NCBI GenBank assembly: GCA_951406725.2
Contig: OX597820.1
Location: forward strand, 74,896,001-74,960,000
Length of the DNA: 64,000 nucleotides
Direction: 5' to 3'
Source of the DNA: Octopus vulgaris
Taxonomy: Eukaryota
Part shown: positions 27,021 through 41,935 of the stretch, piece by piece
How positions within the stretch are numbered: position 1 is the first letter of the stretch
How the letters are laid out: every line of letters begins with the position of its first letter
The notes under the pieces: generated by a model
What the model was told of the DNA's origin: nothing
The model's input: the letters and a program-made list of their open reading frames with translations, nothing else
Databases searched by the model: none
Made by a program: the position numbers and the translations under genes

Positions 27021-28229
27021 TAGGTGTCTATTTAAATTTAAAATCAAAGAACTATTTCGAGTTGTAGGGTTCACAGGGGCGATTAGTCGATTTCTATGCG
27101 TATATGTGACGTGGATCACAACATACCTTTGAACGGGACACTCGCAGTTCGCAGAATTAAAGGACTGGGCCAACGTGAAATAAGTGTTTTGTACAATAGC
27201 TCAAAGTACCTCCCCGGTCCGTGTAGTGAAACTACGATCTTGCGATCGCGAGCGTAACACCCACTTTATATTAAAGAGTGAATTTGTTAGAACGGTGCGA
27301 GTGATTCGAATTAATATTGGTATAGCATAATCTTTATTTAAATTTCGTTTCTATAGTTAAGGTAAAATCTATTTGCCAACGTATAGTGGGAGCCTTGCTT
27401 AGGACGATGTTACTACTGTTTAGCCCATCTTTTCCAGTTGGCTACTGACACGTCATCTGTGTTTTCATGCACTGTAAGGGCGCTAATGCTCCCGTCCAGC
27501 CTCAGCGATATCAGCAGACCAATGGTTTCTATGTAATTTCCCTTCCTCAGTACAGAACAATCGCTGGTTAGAGGTGGCAGCTACTCGTCCGCACTCACAG
27601 TATATACTTTAAAAGTGACACACAGTCGCTGACCTCGTAAAGAGAAAAACAACTAGTTTTAAATCTCTGAGCGAGAAATATGTAGTAACAGTACTACATA
27701 GTAAAGTTTATGCACCAACGTAATTTTCCAGAAATCAAGAACCTTATAGAATAATACTTGTTGAAAGTTTCTCCACACCAAACATGTGCATGTTATCACA
27801 AAAATACATTTCTTAAGATACCTAATCGAGGACTCTGCAGATAGTATTTAAAAAAAATGAGATTCACTTTTCGTTTGCAAAAAGAAAGTTTGAATTTATA
27901 CAATAGCATAAACAAATAAAACAAACAAATAGCAGGAACCTTTTGATACATTAAATTACTACTCTTCCAATTCAGTAAAATGCGCAACAGCTTTTAAAAG
28001 ACTGGAAATATAAATCTAACAAGCCCTCGAAATTTCGGAAAAAGTCATATTTAAGGCGTAGATCACTACGCATACGACAGTCTGATAGTACCGTTTGCCA
28101 AAGCATATGGTAAAAATGCGAAAATGTAATTAGGTTCAGAGCAATAATAAATAAAATATAGAAGTATGTCAAAGCTGAAGAGACTTAGATACACTAAGAA
28201 ATACCAACACACACACATCCATTCTTCTT

Positions 28230-28230
<1 letters not shown>

Positions 28231-28261
<31 letters not shown>

Positions 28262-28385
28262 TGTATGTATGTATGTATGTATGTATGTATGTATGTATGT
28301 ATGTATGTATGTATGTATGTATGTATGTATGTATGTATGTAGGTAGGTAGGTATGTAGGAAGGTAGGTAAGTAGGTAGGTAGGTT
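28231..28385. repeat. (ATGT)n then (AGGT)n tetranucleotide microsatellite
   Basis: Seen directly. Confidence 0.95.
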
Positions 28386-30773
28386 GATAAGTAGGAGGGT
28401 ATGAAACAGGAATTCCAATTACAAGTTGTTGTGGATATGGTTTTTATTAGAACTGAAAATATGATAACCTCCTCTCGAAGTAAAATCCCCTTTCGTCGAG
28501 GGGACACCTTATCTGATTTTGAAGTTAAATTGTAATTGTGGCTATAAATTTAGAGGATGAAGTCTTTGCATAGAAAATGTGTTCCTATTTTTAATCTTTT
28601 GGGCAGCTAGAAATAAGCTGCCTTGAAGGTTCAAACTATTCATGGTAATCTGAGCCACTATTCCCTTTTTTCTTTAATATAATGTTTTTTTTAGTCCTTT
28701 TCGTACTTTTATCATTCAATTTGATAATTGGGTCATTGAAAATGGCGAAAGAAATTAGCGCCATGAAGTTAATCATTCAAATTCATTTTTCAATTATTCA
28801 ATTTCGCATTTCGGTCAAAGAATTTTCTGGAGTAGAACAAGTAGACGGGTTCATTCCCATTCCGATAGTTGAAGAAAGAGGTGGCTCAGACTAAATAGTG
28901 CTCATTACGGCAGCGACGTGCTGCCGTAATGGAGACACGGCAGCCACGCGCTGCAGCCTTACACTTCGCACTACACTTCCCATCCAGTTCATATAGTCAC
29001 TCTATCATAGTCATTGTTACCTGCAAACCCGTTTCTGCCTATCTAGCCATCGAGGACATGGGTGCAGAGGTTATGGGCCCAAATAACGTTGCAAAAATAT
29101 TCCAGTTTTCAGCGTTAATCTATCGTCATTAGATTTCTATACTCTCCAATCTAATTCGTTATTGAAATGTTATTTATACGGATTGAGTTATGAACGTAGT
29201 TAATGTGATTAATCACGACGCAATTATAGAGTTTCCTTTTTCCATTTTCTTTTTCATTGTTGCTGTGACTTATCTCTAGGTTAACCTTGATCGAAATTCT
29301 TGAGAAGAAAAGAATTTTAGCTGTGATTATTTGAAATTTTTCCAAAACGTAATTCCATGCAACAAGCAAACTTCTGAAGGAAAGAATTTTCTGTAACTAG
29401 CAAAAGTAAAAATTACTTTATCGAAAAGTCACCTTTTTTCTAAGAAGGACCTATATAATTCGGTATCGTTTTGGCTGCAAACAGATCGAATGACTTTATC
29501 GAAGATCTGTTTGTGGATCTTAGTCTATGTTCACAAATAAGGGTTACAATGACATTTATATTTTTCAAAACATTATTAGCAACATAAAAGATATGATTTA
29601 AGTGCTGTTAGAAATCGATAGGTAGATAGTTCAGCCGGGTCATCTTATCTCACACATTGCAGTTTTCTCTCCTCTATCACTGATTAATAACGCTTTTCTT
29701 CCATAACGATACAATTTATCGACTCTTCAGGAGCAAAAAGAAGATATGAAACCATAGAATTCTTACTTAACAAGAAGTGGGACGAAGTTAAATGCCATAA
29801 AACATATAATTCCGTCAATTTCAAATTCTTCTATGAATAAGCGCAAATATATCACAATTTAAAGAAAATTAGAATCATAAAATTCCTGCTCTACGGAACC
29901 GAACTGCAGTGAAAGTACTTGAATTTGTCATTAAAGGCATTTTGCAGCCTGCAAATGCTGCCTAGATTTTCATGAAATTGCTTAGAAGTGCCATATTTTG
30001 AGGTAATGGGAAAGGAAGGTGTACATCTCTTATCTATGTGCATTCTGTGACAGACTGAGGAGTGAATGTTACAAAGTAGTATTGAAACTTTTATTGCGAT
30101 TATTTTCGACAAAAGTTTCCTTCTGACTCATTCCGTCGCAAGGACCTACGACCATATTTAGCAGAATGAGCAGAGTGGGGAAGAAAATACCTTGCAATAT
30201 TTGGTGACGTGATTCTGCGATGACGATTGAATTCCAGTCGAATTCGAACTTTGTGATTTTCGTCTTTTCAGGGTTGACAAGATCTGTATCAATCAAATAG
30301 AGTATTTGATCAAATTGACTTTCGTATTTGAGCGATTATTTCTCACGGTAATTTCGGAATCTCATTTGATCTTCTGGCACCGTTAGAAATTATATATTTT
30401 ATCTTTTACTTCTTTCTGCCTTTGGATAGCGGCCATGCTGGGACACCGCCTTAAAGGGTTGAATCAAACAAATTTATCGTAAAATTCACTCACGGTGCAT
30501 TGGTCAGTCTGGGGTAACACAAGAAGACACTCGCCTAAGATAACAGGCAACGAGATTGAACTCGAAACCACGTAGTCGCAAGGTAAATTTCTCAATCAGT
30601 TTATTCCTTTAGAGGATTCCACGTGTTAGAAACAAGTCTTCCGACTGGAAACCAAGTGTATGGCCTACAAAACAGTTTGAAAGGTGCATTACCGTTCTCG
30701 TTCAGTCACTAACAAAACTAACAAAATATTTCTGAAAACGTGACTCGTAGTAGCCCTCGATATTATGAGCACG

Positions 30774-30814
<41 letters not shown>

Positions 30815-31034
30815 ATACCGTATCCGTTTCGCATATTATAATTGCAGATACACAGCCAATCCCGACAAGAAATGTATGAACCAATACGGGAATATCAGCG
30901 CGATGGTTCGAGCGCTAGATATAGCAGCCAAAACATAGCATTTTCTGTCTTTCCTTCTTAATAAAGAAAGGTTGTATGCACACTCTTCCAGATATACTTT
31001 GGATAAATAAAAAAATAATTGAATTTTTTTTAGA

Positions 31035-31142
31035 CACAGTCGAAGAAGCTTGCTTCTCAACCACATGGTTCAGGGTGCAGTCCCACAGCTTTGAGTTGAT
31101 GGAAACTGAAAGAATATATATATGTAGAGTGTGTGTTTGCGT

Positions 31143-31187
<45 letters not shown>

Positions 31188-31385
31188 TCCCCTACCACCG
31201 ATTGACTAGCTGTGCTGGTGTTTACGTTCCTGTAACTTAGAGGTTCGGCAAAAGGGTCAGATAAGATTCGTACCAGGCGCGAAAAAAAAAAGAATAAATA
31301 TCGGGGTCGATACATTCGACTACAATTTCAAAGCGGTGCCCCAGCATGGCCAGCATTCATAATGACTGAAACAAAAGATAAAAGT
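31035..31385 (+). mobile_element. SINE family A (internally deleted)
   Basis: CCACATGGTT..GGAAACTGAAAGAA..GCGGTGCCCCAGCATGGCC. Confidence 0.75.
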
Positions 31386-31399
31386 CATTTTTTAATACT

Positions 31400-32240
31400 G
31401 GTTTAGAATTGGTACGAGGCAAGCAGTTTCCGGTGAAGGGTTTAATCGATTAAACCCCTCACCTCAGTGTTCAACGGGTACTTATGTTATCGACCACGAA
31501 ACGATGAAAATCAATTTCGACCTCAGCGGAAATTGAACTCAGAACATAAAGAAAGACGAAACACCGCGTGCTAACGTTTCTGCCAGCTCGCCGCCTTAAA
31601 GATGTTTTTTAATATTCTTTTCTACTCAAGGCCTAAAATTTGGAGGGAGGGGGCCAGTCGATTAGATCAACCCCAGTACGCAACAGGTACTTAATTTATC
31701 AACCCCGAAAGGATGAAAGACAAAGTTGACCTCAGAGTATAATGGCAGACGGAATGCCTATTTCTTTACTACCCACAAGGGGCTAAACACAGAGAGGACA
31801 AACAAGTACAGACAAAGGGATTAAATCGATTATATTGACCCCAGTGCATAACTGGTACTTATTTAATCGACCTCGAAAGAATGAAAGGCAAAGTTGACCT
31901 CGGCGGAATTTGAACTCAGAACGTCGCGACGGGTGAAATAACTCTTAGCACTTCGTCCGTTGCGCTACAGTTTCTGCCAGTCGACCTGGGCGGAAATTGA
32001 ATTCAGAACTTAAAGACGTACAAACCGTTGCTAAGCTTTTTACCCGGCGTGCTAACGATTATTTTCTACTATAGGCAGAAGGCCTGAATTTTGGGGGGAG
32101 GAGGCCTGTCGATTCGATCGACCCCAGTACGCAAAGTACTGTCGACCCTGGCAGAATTTGAACTCAGAACATAGCGACGGGCGAAATAGCGCTAAGTACT
32201 TCTTCCGGTGGGCTGCTGTTTCTACTAGCTAGTCGCCTTG
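31400..32240 (-). mobile_element. Cluster of about five SINE family B units
   Basis: Repeated GAACTCAGAAC B boxes; includes a type 1 tail junction at ~31758. Confidence 0.85.
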
Positions 32241-32591
32241 AAATTGCCTTTTAATATTGTGCGAGGATCACGGTTGTTTCGCAGGAATATTAAATATTAA
32301 TGATTTGCAGGAATTAGTTTCAGGAATTTTCACGTAAAATAATAACAGCTCAGATAAGACCCGAATAACCATCATACTGCAGATATTTAAGTTGATTAAT
32401 TTAATGGTGTTCATTACTGCTCAGGTATTTCATTGAAACTGGAAGGATAAAAGGCAAATTTAATGTGTATGCGTTGTGTGTGTGTGTTTCTCAGGTGGTC
32501 AGGTGGAGATTATCTGAGACTATAAAGCGTCGTAATTAGCGAACAACAATCAATTACATTTTAATTCCAACTCCTTTGTTCAAACAAAACC

Positions 32592-32960
32592 TGGCATGGC
32601 TGTGTGGTAAGAAGTTTGCTTCCCAACCATATAGTTCCGGGTTCAGTCTCACTGCGTGGCACCTTGGGCAAGTGTCTTCTACTGTAGCCTCGGGCCTCTC
32701 AAAGCCTTGTGAGTGAATGTGGGGGACAGAAACTGAAAGAAAACTATCATATATATGTATATGTATAAATCTTTATGTGCGTGTCTTTGTACCAAAATTT
32801 TTCACTCACCACCGCTTGACAACCAGTATTGGCGTATTTTCTTCGCCGTACATTAGCGGTTCAGCCAAAGAGAGCGATAGAATAAGTACTTGGGTTGTTC
32901 GACTAAAGCTCGTGAATACGGCATCCCAGCATGGTTGCAGTCATATGACTGTAACAATAA
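32592..32960 (+). mobile_element. SINE family A
   Basis: TGGCTGTGTGGTAAG..GGTTCAGTCTCACTGCGTGGCACCTTGGGCAAG. Confidence 0.85.
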
Positions 32961-33559
32961 AAAATAATAATAACTTCTTTCTTCTTCTCCATCTCTCTGG
33001 CTCCACCCCCAAACACCTTCATACTCATCTATGTATGTATTCATGACGAAATAACCGTGTTTGAAATAACAAATAACAAATTATCTTAGTATTAGGTACT
33101 CAGTCCCCTACGAACATACACCTTCCCCTGTTTGTATGGCTATTGTTCCTTACATCGACTGCATTCTCTATACTCTGTTGTAAAACGTAGTAATACTTGT
33201 GTCTTTACGATTCTAAAAAGTTCACATCCTAGACCGCACATAGTGTGTAGGGCTTAAGAAAACTTGTCTGAACGTGAGTACTAAATAATTATTACGTGAC
33301 CATTTTTTGTCACTTCCCTCTTAATAACTGCTGTAATTGTTATGTTGTATTGAAACCTTTCAAACAGAACCAATACTACATCTGTTTCGTTTGGATATCT
33401 GTTATATAGGTTGGATTTCACAAACGCCTAGTTTGTGTGTGAATCTTCAGTTTTTAGGGTCGATGCTTTTTCTGACCTGTGAATTGACATTTGAAAAAAT
33501 ACACACGTAAGTTTTTGAATAATCTCCTCTTCGTCTTGAATGTTATACAAAACAAAGCA

Positions 33560-34092
33560 TTTCGAAAATTGAATCAGCCCAGAGGGCATTTAGTAAATGA
33601 ATTAGGGGCATGACTGATCTCGATTATTGGGACCGCCTTGAAGCATTGAAACTCTATTCTCTCCAGCGCCGCTGTGAGCGATGCATCATTTGCACGAAGT
33701 GGAGAATATAAATGACCTCAACATTAGTTTCAGAATTCATCCAAAGCTAGGGCCATGGACCATACGTCTCCTATCCAATTCAGGATCACAACACACAAAT
33801 ACACTGCAACACAATTTTTTCCTCAGCAGGCCCTGCCCCATTTAACGTTGTCCCGAAACATCAAAGTGGAAATAGATCTCATCACCTTTAAACGGAATCT
33901 GGATAAATTTCTTCAAGGGATACCAAATAAGTCACCTATACCTGGATACAATTCGCTCAACAAGAACTCACTACTCAAATGGACCACGATGCTATAAAAC
34001 TTGACTTAAAAAGGATTTAGATAATCGTATCAGGTGGTGCTATTATGTTAGACATGGCCTGGACCAATCTGTAGTTGAAACATATCCAAGTT
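33560..34092 (+). mobile_element. CR1-group LINE 3' end
   Basis: IESAQRAFSK*IRGMTDLDYWDRLEALKLYSLQRRCER and FKRNLDKFLQGIP..GY..NKNSLL, with stops and frameshifts. Confidence 0.8.
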
Positions 34093-34109
34093 ACAAGCAC
34101 ACACACACA

Positions 34110-34151
<42 letters not shown>

Positions 34152-34741
34152 CATACAGGTGGATAGATAGCTAAATAAATAGATATGAAACATACCTGCA
34201 AACAAACCAAGAATTCCGAGGTGAACCTAGAAGAATATTAGCCCACATATAAAGGTATGATTATTAAACTGTGTTGTGAAACACTTTCGTATACGATTGC
34301 GGAACTCTAAGTAAATTTGATAACTTCACAAATATAACCTCAAATTGATTGTTTCTTATATTGATTATTAGGTTAGATATTGCTCAAAACCACTCTTTGC
34401 GTGTGTTTGCTTGTGTATGTGTGTAGAAAATGTGTACGCATGTCTCTGTCATAAAGTGAGCGTGTATGTGTGCCTGTGATGGGATGTGTCTTCATGTGTG
34501 TGCTCGTGTCTAATTTACCGTGTCCGTCCACTGTGGTAATCTTGTCTGAAACCGCAGTTTGAGCATTAATTTAATAAGAAAATATAATAGCATAAACGAT
34601 CGAAAGTCCAAGGTTGCGTTGTATAAGTTCAGCAGCGATTAAAGTTGGGAAGAAGTTCTGCATCAAACGACAGCAATCTCATGCTTGGGATAATCAACTA
34701 ACCATAGTGCTGAAAATGTCTACATTGATCACACACACAAA

Positions 34742-34786
<45 letters not shown>

Positions 34787-34942
34787 CATACACACACACA
34801 TACACACACACATATTTATGTATCTATATATAGATTCATACAGATATACATATAGCCACATACATATATATCTATATATATCTATACACACACATATATA
34901 TATACATGTATGCATATACATACATATGTATGTGAATATATG

Positions 34943-34987
<45 letters not shown>

Positions 34988-35046
34988 GACTATATGTATG
35001 TGAGTGTGTGAATATATAACTATTTATATAGAGATATGAATATGTA

Positions 35047-35118
<72 letters not shown>

Positions 35119-35748
35119 GGAATATATATAAATAAATAACATTTATTATATATATATATATTATATATATGTATATATATATATGTATATATGAATATAT
35201 ATGAAATATATATATATGTGTGTGTGAGTGTTTGTGTTAGTTTGTGTGTGTGCACGCGCGTGTGAAGTAACTGAATAATGGTTAAATTAGTGACTAAGAA
35301 TTAGTGCTCTGATATGTCGTATAAAACGAGACAAACGAATGTAATGCATCATGTGGTGACCAGACTCATTGTTCGAATTCAACGGCATTTTCTGCAAACA
35401 AATGCACTTGTGCACGCGTGCGCGTGAGAGACTGATAGATACATAGCTAGAGGTAGAGGAAGTGTGTGGGGGTGCCTGTTGTTTTGTGTGTGTGTGTGTG
35501 TGTGTAAGTGTGTGTGTCTGTGTGTGTATGTGTGTGTGTCTGTGTTTAATACACTAAGGAAAAGTATAAACGAAACATCATTCATAAATATCTACTTGCT
35601 TTGCTCTTTGCGAGTGTGTGTTTATGTGTATATATATATATAGATAAAACTTATTTGGAAAAAGATGCGTGGCGTTCAATCATATAATAATATAAATAAT
35701 ATATGTATATATATATATATATGTATATATATACACATATATATACAT

Positions 35749-35798
<50 letters not shown>

Positions 35799-35823
35799 GC
35801 ATATATACATACGTATACGTACG

Positions 35824-35854
<31 letters not shown>

Positions 35855-36480
35855 ATATGTGGGAACATGAAGTCACAAAACATAAACAATCTCAAGAATT
35901 GAGAATTCTCCAAAGTTTTTATGCCATGAAGGAAAATTACATGTCTATTATCTGAAGATAAGAAGACAGACGTGACAAGTGTTTCCGTCTCGATAACCGT
36001 CATCAGCTTGACAATTTCCAGTAGCCAAAGGAATTTGATTTACGCAAAAAAGCAGAATACTTTTATGTCCTTAATAATTTGCATGAATTAAACAAACGAG
36101 ACAGAGAAAAATATCTCGTGCCCTGTATTTGAACATCATACGCGAATACAGGTATATTAAATAACATACATTCTTGATTTATGGAAATTTTCTTCGCCTC
36201 TACAGGATGTATAATTTGTGTGTGCGATCTAATTGAAATAGAATTTGAGGATTGATCTAATATCCAGTACAGAAAGCTATTCCAATAAATAAGAGCGAAT
36301 ATTTCATCCAATCAAATTCACGCAGAACTTCTCAAAGTGTCGGAAAGTGTGTGTATGAGTGTGTGTCTGTGTGTGTCTGTGTGTGTTTGTGTGCTTGTGT
36401 ATATGTGTGTATATATGAGAATGTTTGTATTGATAAGCATATACGTTCAGAGGCAAACACAAATGAAGGGATTGTACATA

Positions 36481-36880
36481 GCCGCAGAAGTGGCTGTATG
36501 GTAAAAAGCTTGCTTCCCAACCGCATGGTTCCAAGTTCAGTCCTACTGCGTAGCACCTTGGGCCAGTTTCTTCTACTATAGCCTCGCACCGATCAATGCC
36601 TTCTGAGTGATTTTGTAGATGGAAACTGAAAGAAGCTCGTCGTATATATATATATATACGTGTGTGTGTGTGTTTGTTACTTGTGTTTATGTTTGTCACC
36701 CATCATCGCTTGACAAATATGTTTACGTCCCCGTAACTTAGCAGTTCAGTAATGTTGTCCGATAGAATAAGTACTAGGCTTACAAAGGATACGTCCTGGG
36801 GTCGATTTGTTCGACTAAAGGTAAAGACGTGTTCCAGCATGGCCGCAGTCAAACGACTGAAACAAGTAAAAGAATAAAAG
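36481..36880 (+). mobile_element. SINE family A
   Basis: Collinear with the 58981 copy. Confidence 0.85.
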
Positions 36881-36985
36881 AAAAAAAGGTGCAAGCAAAT
36901 TCTCACACACACATATGTATGCCCATATATATATATATATAAGTACACATGCGTGCACATATATACATACACAAAAACATACATG

Positions 36986-37059
<74 letters not shown>

Positions 37060-37213
37060 CGCGCGCGCGCACACACACGCATAAATATATATATATATAT
37101 ATGTTAACCCTTCCGAAGAAATAGTAGTCTTATATTTCCCCTCCACACGAACGTTTTCCTTACCAATCCTCTCTCTCTTTCTTTCTTTCTTCATACATTT
37201 ATGCATATATGTA

Positions 37214-37283
<70 letters not shown>

Positions 37284-37288
37284 GCTAG

Positions 37289-37367
<79 letters not shown>

Positions 37368-37919
37368 ACTGAAACAAGATCTTCATCTGCGTAAAACGAT
37401 GTTCTGCGTATGGTGGGACTGGGAAGGGATTATCCTTTACGATTTGCTTGAACGGAACCAAACGGTCAACGCGAACTTAATGTTCAACAGATGTAATGAC
37501 TCAACATTGCTATTCAAGAGAAAAGTCCTAATCGGCAGCATGGAGTTCTGTTGCACGACAACGCCCGCCCTCATGTCGCCAATATGACCAAAGAAGCCAT
37601 TCAAACGCATGGCTGGGAAGTGCTGCCACACCCGCCCGTACTCTCCTGATTGGGCACCAACAGATTTCCACCCCTTTCGATCTCTTTCAAATGCTATGAG
37701 CGGAGTTTCGTTCAATACTGATGCAGAATTGAGAGGTTGGTTGGATCAATTTTCCGAGTCGAAACCGGGTGATTTCTATCAACGAGATATTGAAAATCTT
37801 GTTGAACGTTGGGAAGAAGTTGTAAACAAGATTATTGATTAATTAGTTGTTATTTTTATTAAACCTTTTAAAAAAATTAAATCTTAAAAAACCACGGGAA
37901 CTTAGTTGTCAACCCAATA
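37368..37919 (+). mobile_element. Mariner transposase 3' half (frameshifted) with right TIR
   Basis: [52 protein letters not shown]; ends GGGAACTTAGTTGTCAACCCAA|TA. Confidence 0.9.
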
Positions 37920-38390
37920 GAGTTGATATAATAGATATATAGATATATGGATATATAGATATATATAGATATAGATATATATTTCACTTTGGTGATACAT
38001 TTAACGTTAAAGAATGAAACATTTGGTTATGTGAATTTACTTACGATAAGCTGGATTTTATTTTGGACAACTGCTGTGAAGGTGTCAGACTATAGTGAAA
38101 TAGGTTTAAATACATAGATGGTCATTCGATAAAGACAAACAGCGTTTTCGTATTTGTGTATGAGTGTGTGTATGTGTGTATGTGTGAGCGTGTGCCTGTG
38201 TGCCTGGATGCATGTACCTATGTATTAATACATGGATATAGGTGTGTCTCTGTGTGTGTATGTGTCCATATATGTCTGTGTGAGAGAGTGTGTCTATACG
38301 TTAATATAGACACACTGTTGTTATTTTTGTTGATTAGGTGTCTCGAAATTGCATCCATATTTGTATTTAACGCACACCTTTTCCCTCCCT

Positions 38391-38434
<44 letters not shown>

Positions 38435-38805
38435 CCTGTTTCTCTTTCCCTGGTTCTCGCTATTTCTCCCCGTCTAATTTCTCCCACAATCTTCTGTACC
38501 GTACGCAGTTGTACCCGAACATCTTTGCGCATTTTCCAACACAGTCACGTAAGCATAAACTTGCTAACGACGACGTATTGACAAACAGAACAACACTTCC
38601 ACACGCACACGTACACACTGACAGCAATCCATAACAAAGAACGTTCATTTAAAGACTCTCAGGCGCCGCACGAACATGTGTGCAAACTCACACAAACACA
38701 TGGCCACATTCGTTACAACAAATGATGTCATGGAGTGTGAATACATATACCTATCTATACATACACACACACGTACATACGTACATACGTACATACATAC
38801 ATCTG

Positions 38806-38867
<62 letters not shown>

Positions 38868-39574
38868 TATGCACATTTATACATATATAAACATAGGTAT
38901 ATATACACATATATTTATATATATGCATATATATACATATATATATATATATATGAATATATATACATATAAATGTATATATATATATACATATGTATAT
39001 GTATATGTATACATATATATGTATAAATAGACATATATATATATATATATGTATATATATACATACACACACATATATATATATGTATATATATACATAT
39101 GTAAATACATATATATGTATACATATATATATATATATATATATACATATATATATGCATACGTATGCATGTATACACATATATTTATACACATATATAC
39201 TTGTATATATGTATACACGAATGTATACATATATGTAAATATGCATACAAATATACATACATACATACACGCACACATACACACAAACACACACACATAT
39301 GGGTAAAAGGTACAAAAACAGTGAGAGAGACAGTAAGAGTTAGACAGAAAAAGACACAGAAATGGTGTGGGGGAATTCGGTGAAGGTAAAAATGACGTGT
39401 CTTGAGTAGTTTCTGTGATTGAATATATTTCCAAAGATCGTATAAGTGAATTCTTTTCTACTGAAGCCGCCGACAACAACGTTGGTCCAACGTTAGCTAA
39501 GAATTACATCTAACTTAACATTTTTACTATTTTAGTGCTCTCTGTCACCGGACTGTAACCATGCTGGAGCACTA

Positions 39575-39950
39575 GGAGTGGCTGTGTGGTAAGTAGCTTG
39601 CTTACTAACCACATGGTTCCGGGTTCAGTCCCACTGCTTGGCACATTGGGAAAATATATTCTACTATAGCTACGGGTCGACCAAAGCCTTGTGAGTGGAT
39701 TTGGTGGACGGAAACTGAAAGAAGCCCGTCGCATATATGTATGTATATATATATGTATGTGTGCGTATATGTTTGTGTGTCTGCGTTTGTCCGCCAACAT
39801 CGCCTGACAACCGATGCTGGTGCTTTTACGTTCCTGTAACTTAGCGGTTCGGCAAAAGAGATCGATCGAATAAGTCCTGGGGTCGATTTGCTCGACTAAA
39901 GGCGGCGCTCCAGCATGACCGCAGTGAAATGATTGAAACAAGTAAAAGAG
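39575..39950 (+). mobile_element. SINE family A
   Basis: Collinear with the 58981 copy. Confidence 0.9.
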
Positions 39951-39969
39951 TATTGATATATATATATAT

Positions 39970-40260
39970 ATAATTAACAGAATGATTTTAAAATCCAAGG
40001 CTGTGAAAGATTTCAGAACATTTATAAAGAGAAAGTCTTACAGCTGTTTCCGGGATATTTCAAATATCCCTTTATCGGAGATGGTGCGAGAAAATGGTTA
40101 ACCAATAGTTATTCTAGGGAAGATATGAAATAGAGAGTGAAGTGGAGGAATAAGAATGTACGTGAGATATGTAAGGATATTGCATCTGCAGTTCCAATAT
40201 TTAAGCAGAATGGTGTACATATAAGTTTCCTGTAACTTGTGTGTAAGTCACAATAGTATT
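39970..40260 (-). mobile_element. Penelope-like fragment with decayed hammerhead
   Basis: Hammerhead-shaped motif at 40035-40082; element boundaries uncertain. Confidence 0.45.
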
Positions 40261-40329
40261 TAACATCGGTCATTCCAAGCATAGTGTTTGTAAACGGTGT
40301 TATTGGATCGAGGGTTTTTTGAAAACATA

Positions 40330-40520
40330 TATAGGCTCAGTAAAACATATGGGCTACTAGTAGAGGTTAAAGGAACTGGGACTCTACTCCCTGGAGAGGA
40401 GACGTGAGAGATATGCAGTGCTATACGCATGGAAAATAAGGGAGTGTCTAGGTCCAAATTTCGGAATAGAATCTGAAACAATCCCTGAATTGGACGGCAT
40501 TGCAGTGTACTAAAGATTTC
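40330..40520 (+). mobile_element. CR1-group LINE fragment
   Basis: SVKHMGY**RLKELGLYS/LERRRERYAVLYAWKI..PNFGIE; homologous to the 23065 fragment. Confidence 0.7.
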
Positions 40521-40535
40521 CATCGAGGATACGAA

Positions 40536-40589
<54 letters not shown>

Positions 40590-40785
40590 GAAATTTACAG
40601 AAAAACAATCGATGAAGACTGGTTTATAAACAACAAACAGGTGTGTTAGTTTAACGCTCGAGATTGTGAGAAAGCCTTTTACAAAGCTAAAGTATGCAGG
40701 GTGAAGCCGCTTCACAAAGATTGACCTTGAAGACTGCCGCGCAGGTTTAACGCTCTAGCTCAATTCTGCGGTTTATAGAAGTGCT

Positions 40786-40862
<77 letters not shown>

Positions 40863-41528
40863 TTATTTATTTACTCTATCTATCAATCTTTCACTTTTAT
40901 TCGTTTCAACCATGCGGCTGTGGTCATGCTGGAGCACCACCATGTATCTACCAATTTTATTTATTTACTCTATTTATCGCCCCATTCATACATACACATA
41001 TGTATATGTATGCATACATGCAAATACTTAAGTGTATCTTCGCCGTCTTTAAGTTCTGAGTTCAAATTCCGCCAAGGTGGACTTTGCCATTCCTCATTTT
41101 GTGGTCGATTATTAAGTACCAGTTGAACAGAGAGTTCGGTGAAATTGCTTTGACCCCTTCCTCAAAATTGCTGCTCATATACCAAATTCTGAAACCAATA
41201 TTAGAACTCCCTTAATGATGGCGAGCTGGCACAGTTCTTACTGCCTCGGACAAAATACTTTGCGGTATTTCGTCCATTATTATGCCTTTCCCTCTTTCAT
41301 GGTTAATAAAAGCATTAATTCTATAGTGGGGTCGATGTAATCGTCTAGCCTTCTGCCTTGTGATTTCTGGCCCAGTGCCAAAACCTGAAAGTAATATTAG
41401 AACTACCTTAAGTATCCCTACCCATTTAATGCAATGCAAAGGAAAAAAAAGTCAGGATGTAACATAGTAACAAGGGAGTCATAGAGCTGAAATAAACATA
41501 GGCAACAATCTCTTGATATTTCGAAGGA

Positions 41529-41579
<51 letters not shown>

Positions 41580-41709
41580 TATATATGAGTATGCATATCT
41601 ATTGAGTTCTAACACTAGATTATTGGTATCGCTATACCTGAGAGAAATCTATGTATCTTTCTCTACAGCTATCCATCTTTACGTATATGTATGTGTGTGA
41701 GCGTGTGTG

Positions 41710-41759
<50 letters not shown>

Positions 41760-41895
41760 TGCGCGACCGTTGGAGATGAATGAGCCAGTGATAGACATGT
41801 AAATAAAAACCTGAAGCTTTAATTTTTTTTCTATATATAAAATTCTTGTACAGAAATACGCATATCATTCAGTGTCTCTCATTCAGCTTACCATT

Positions 41896-41935
<40 letters not shown>

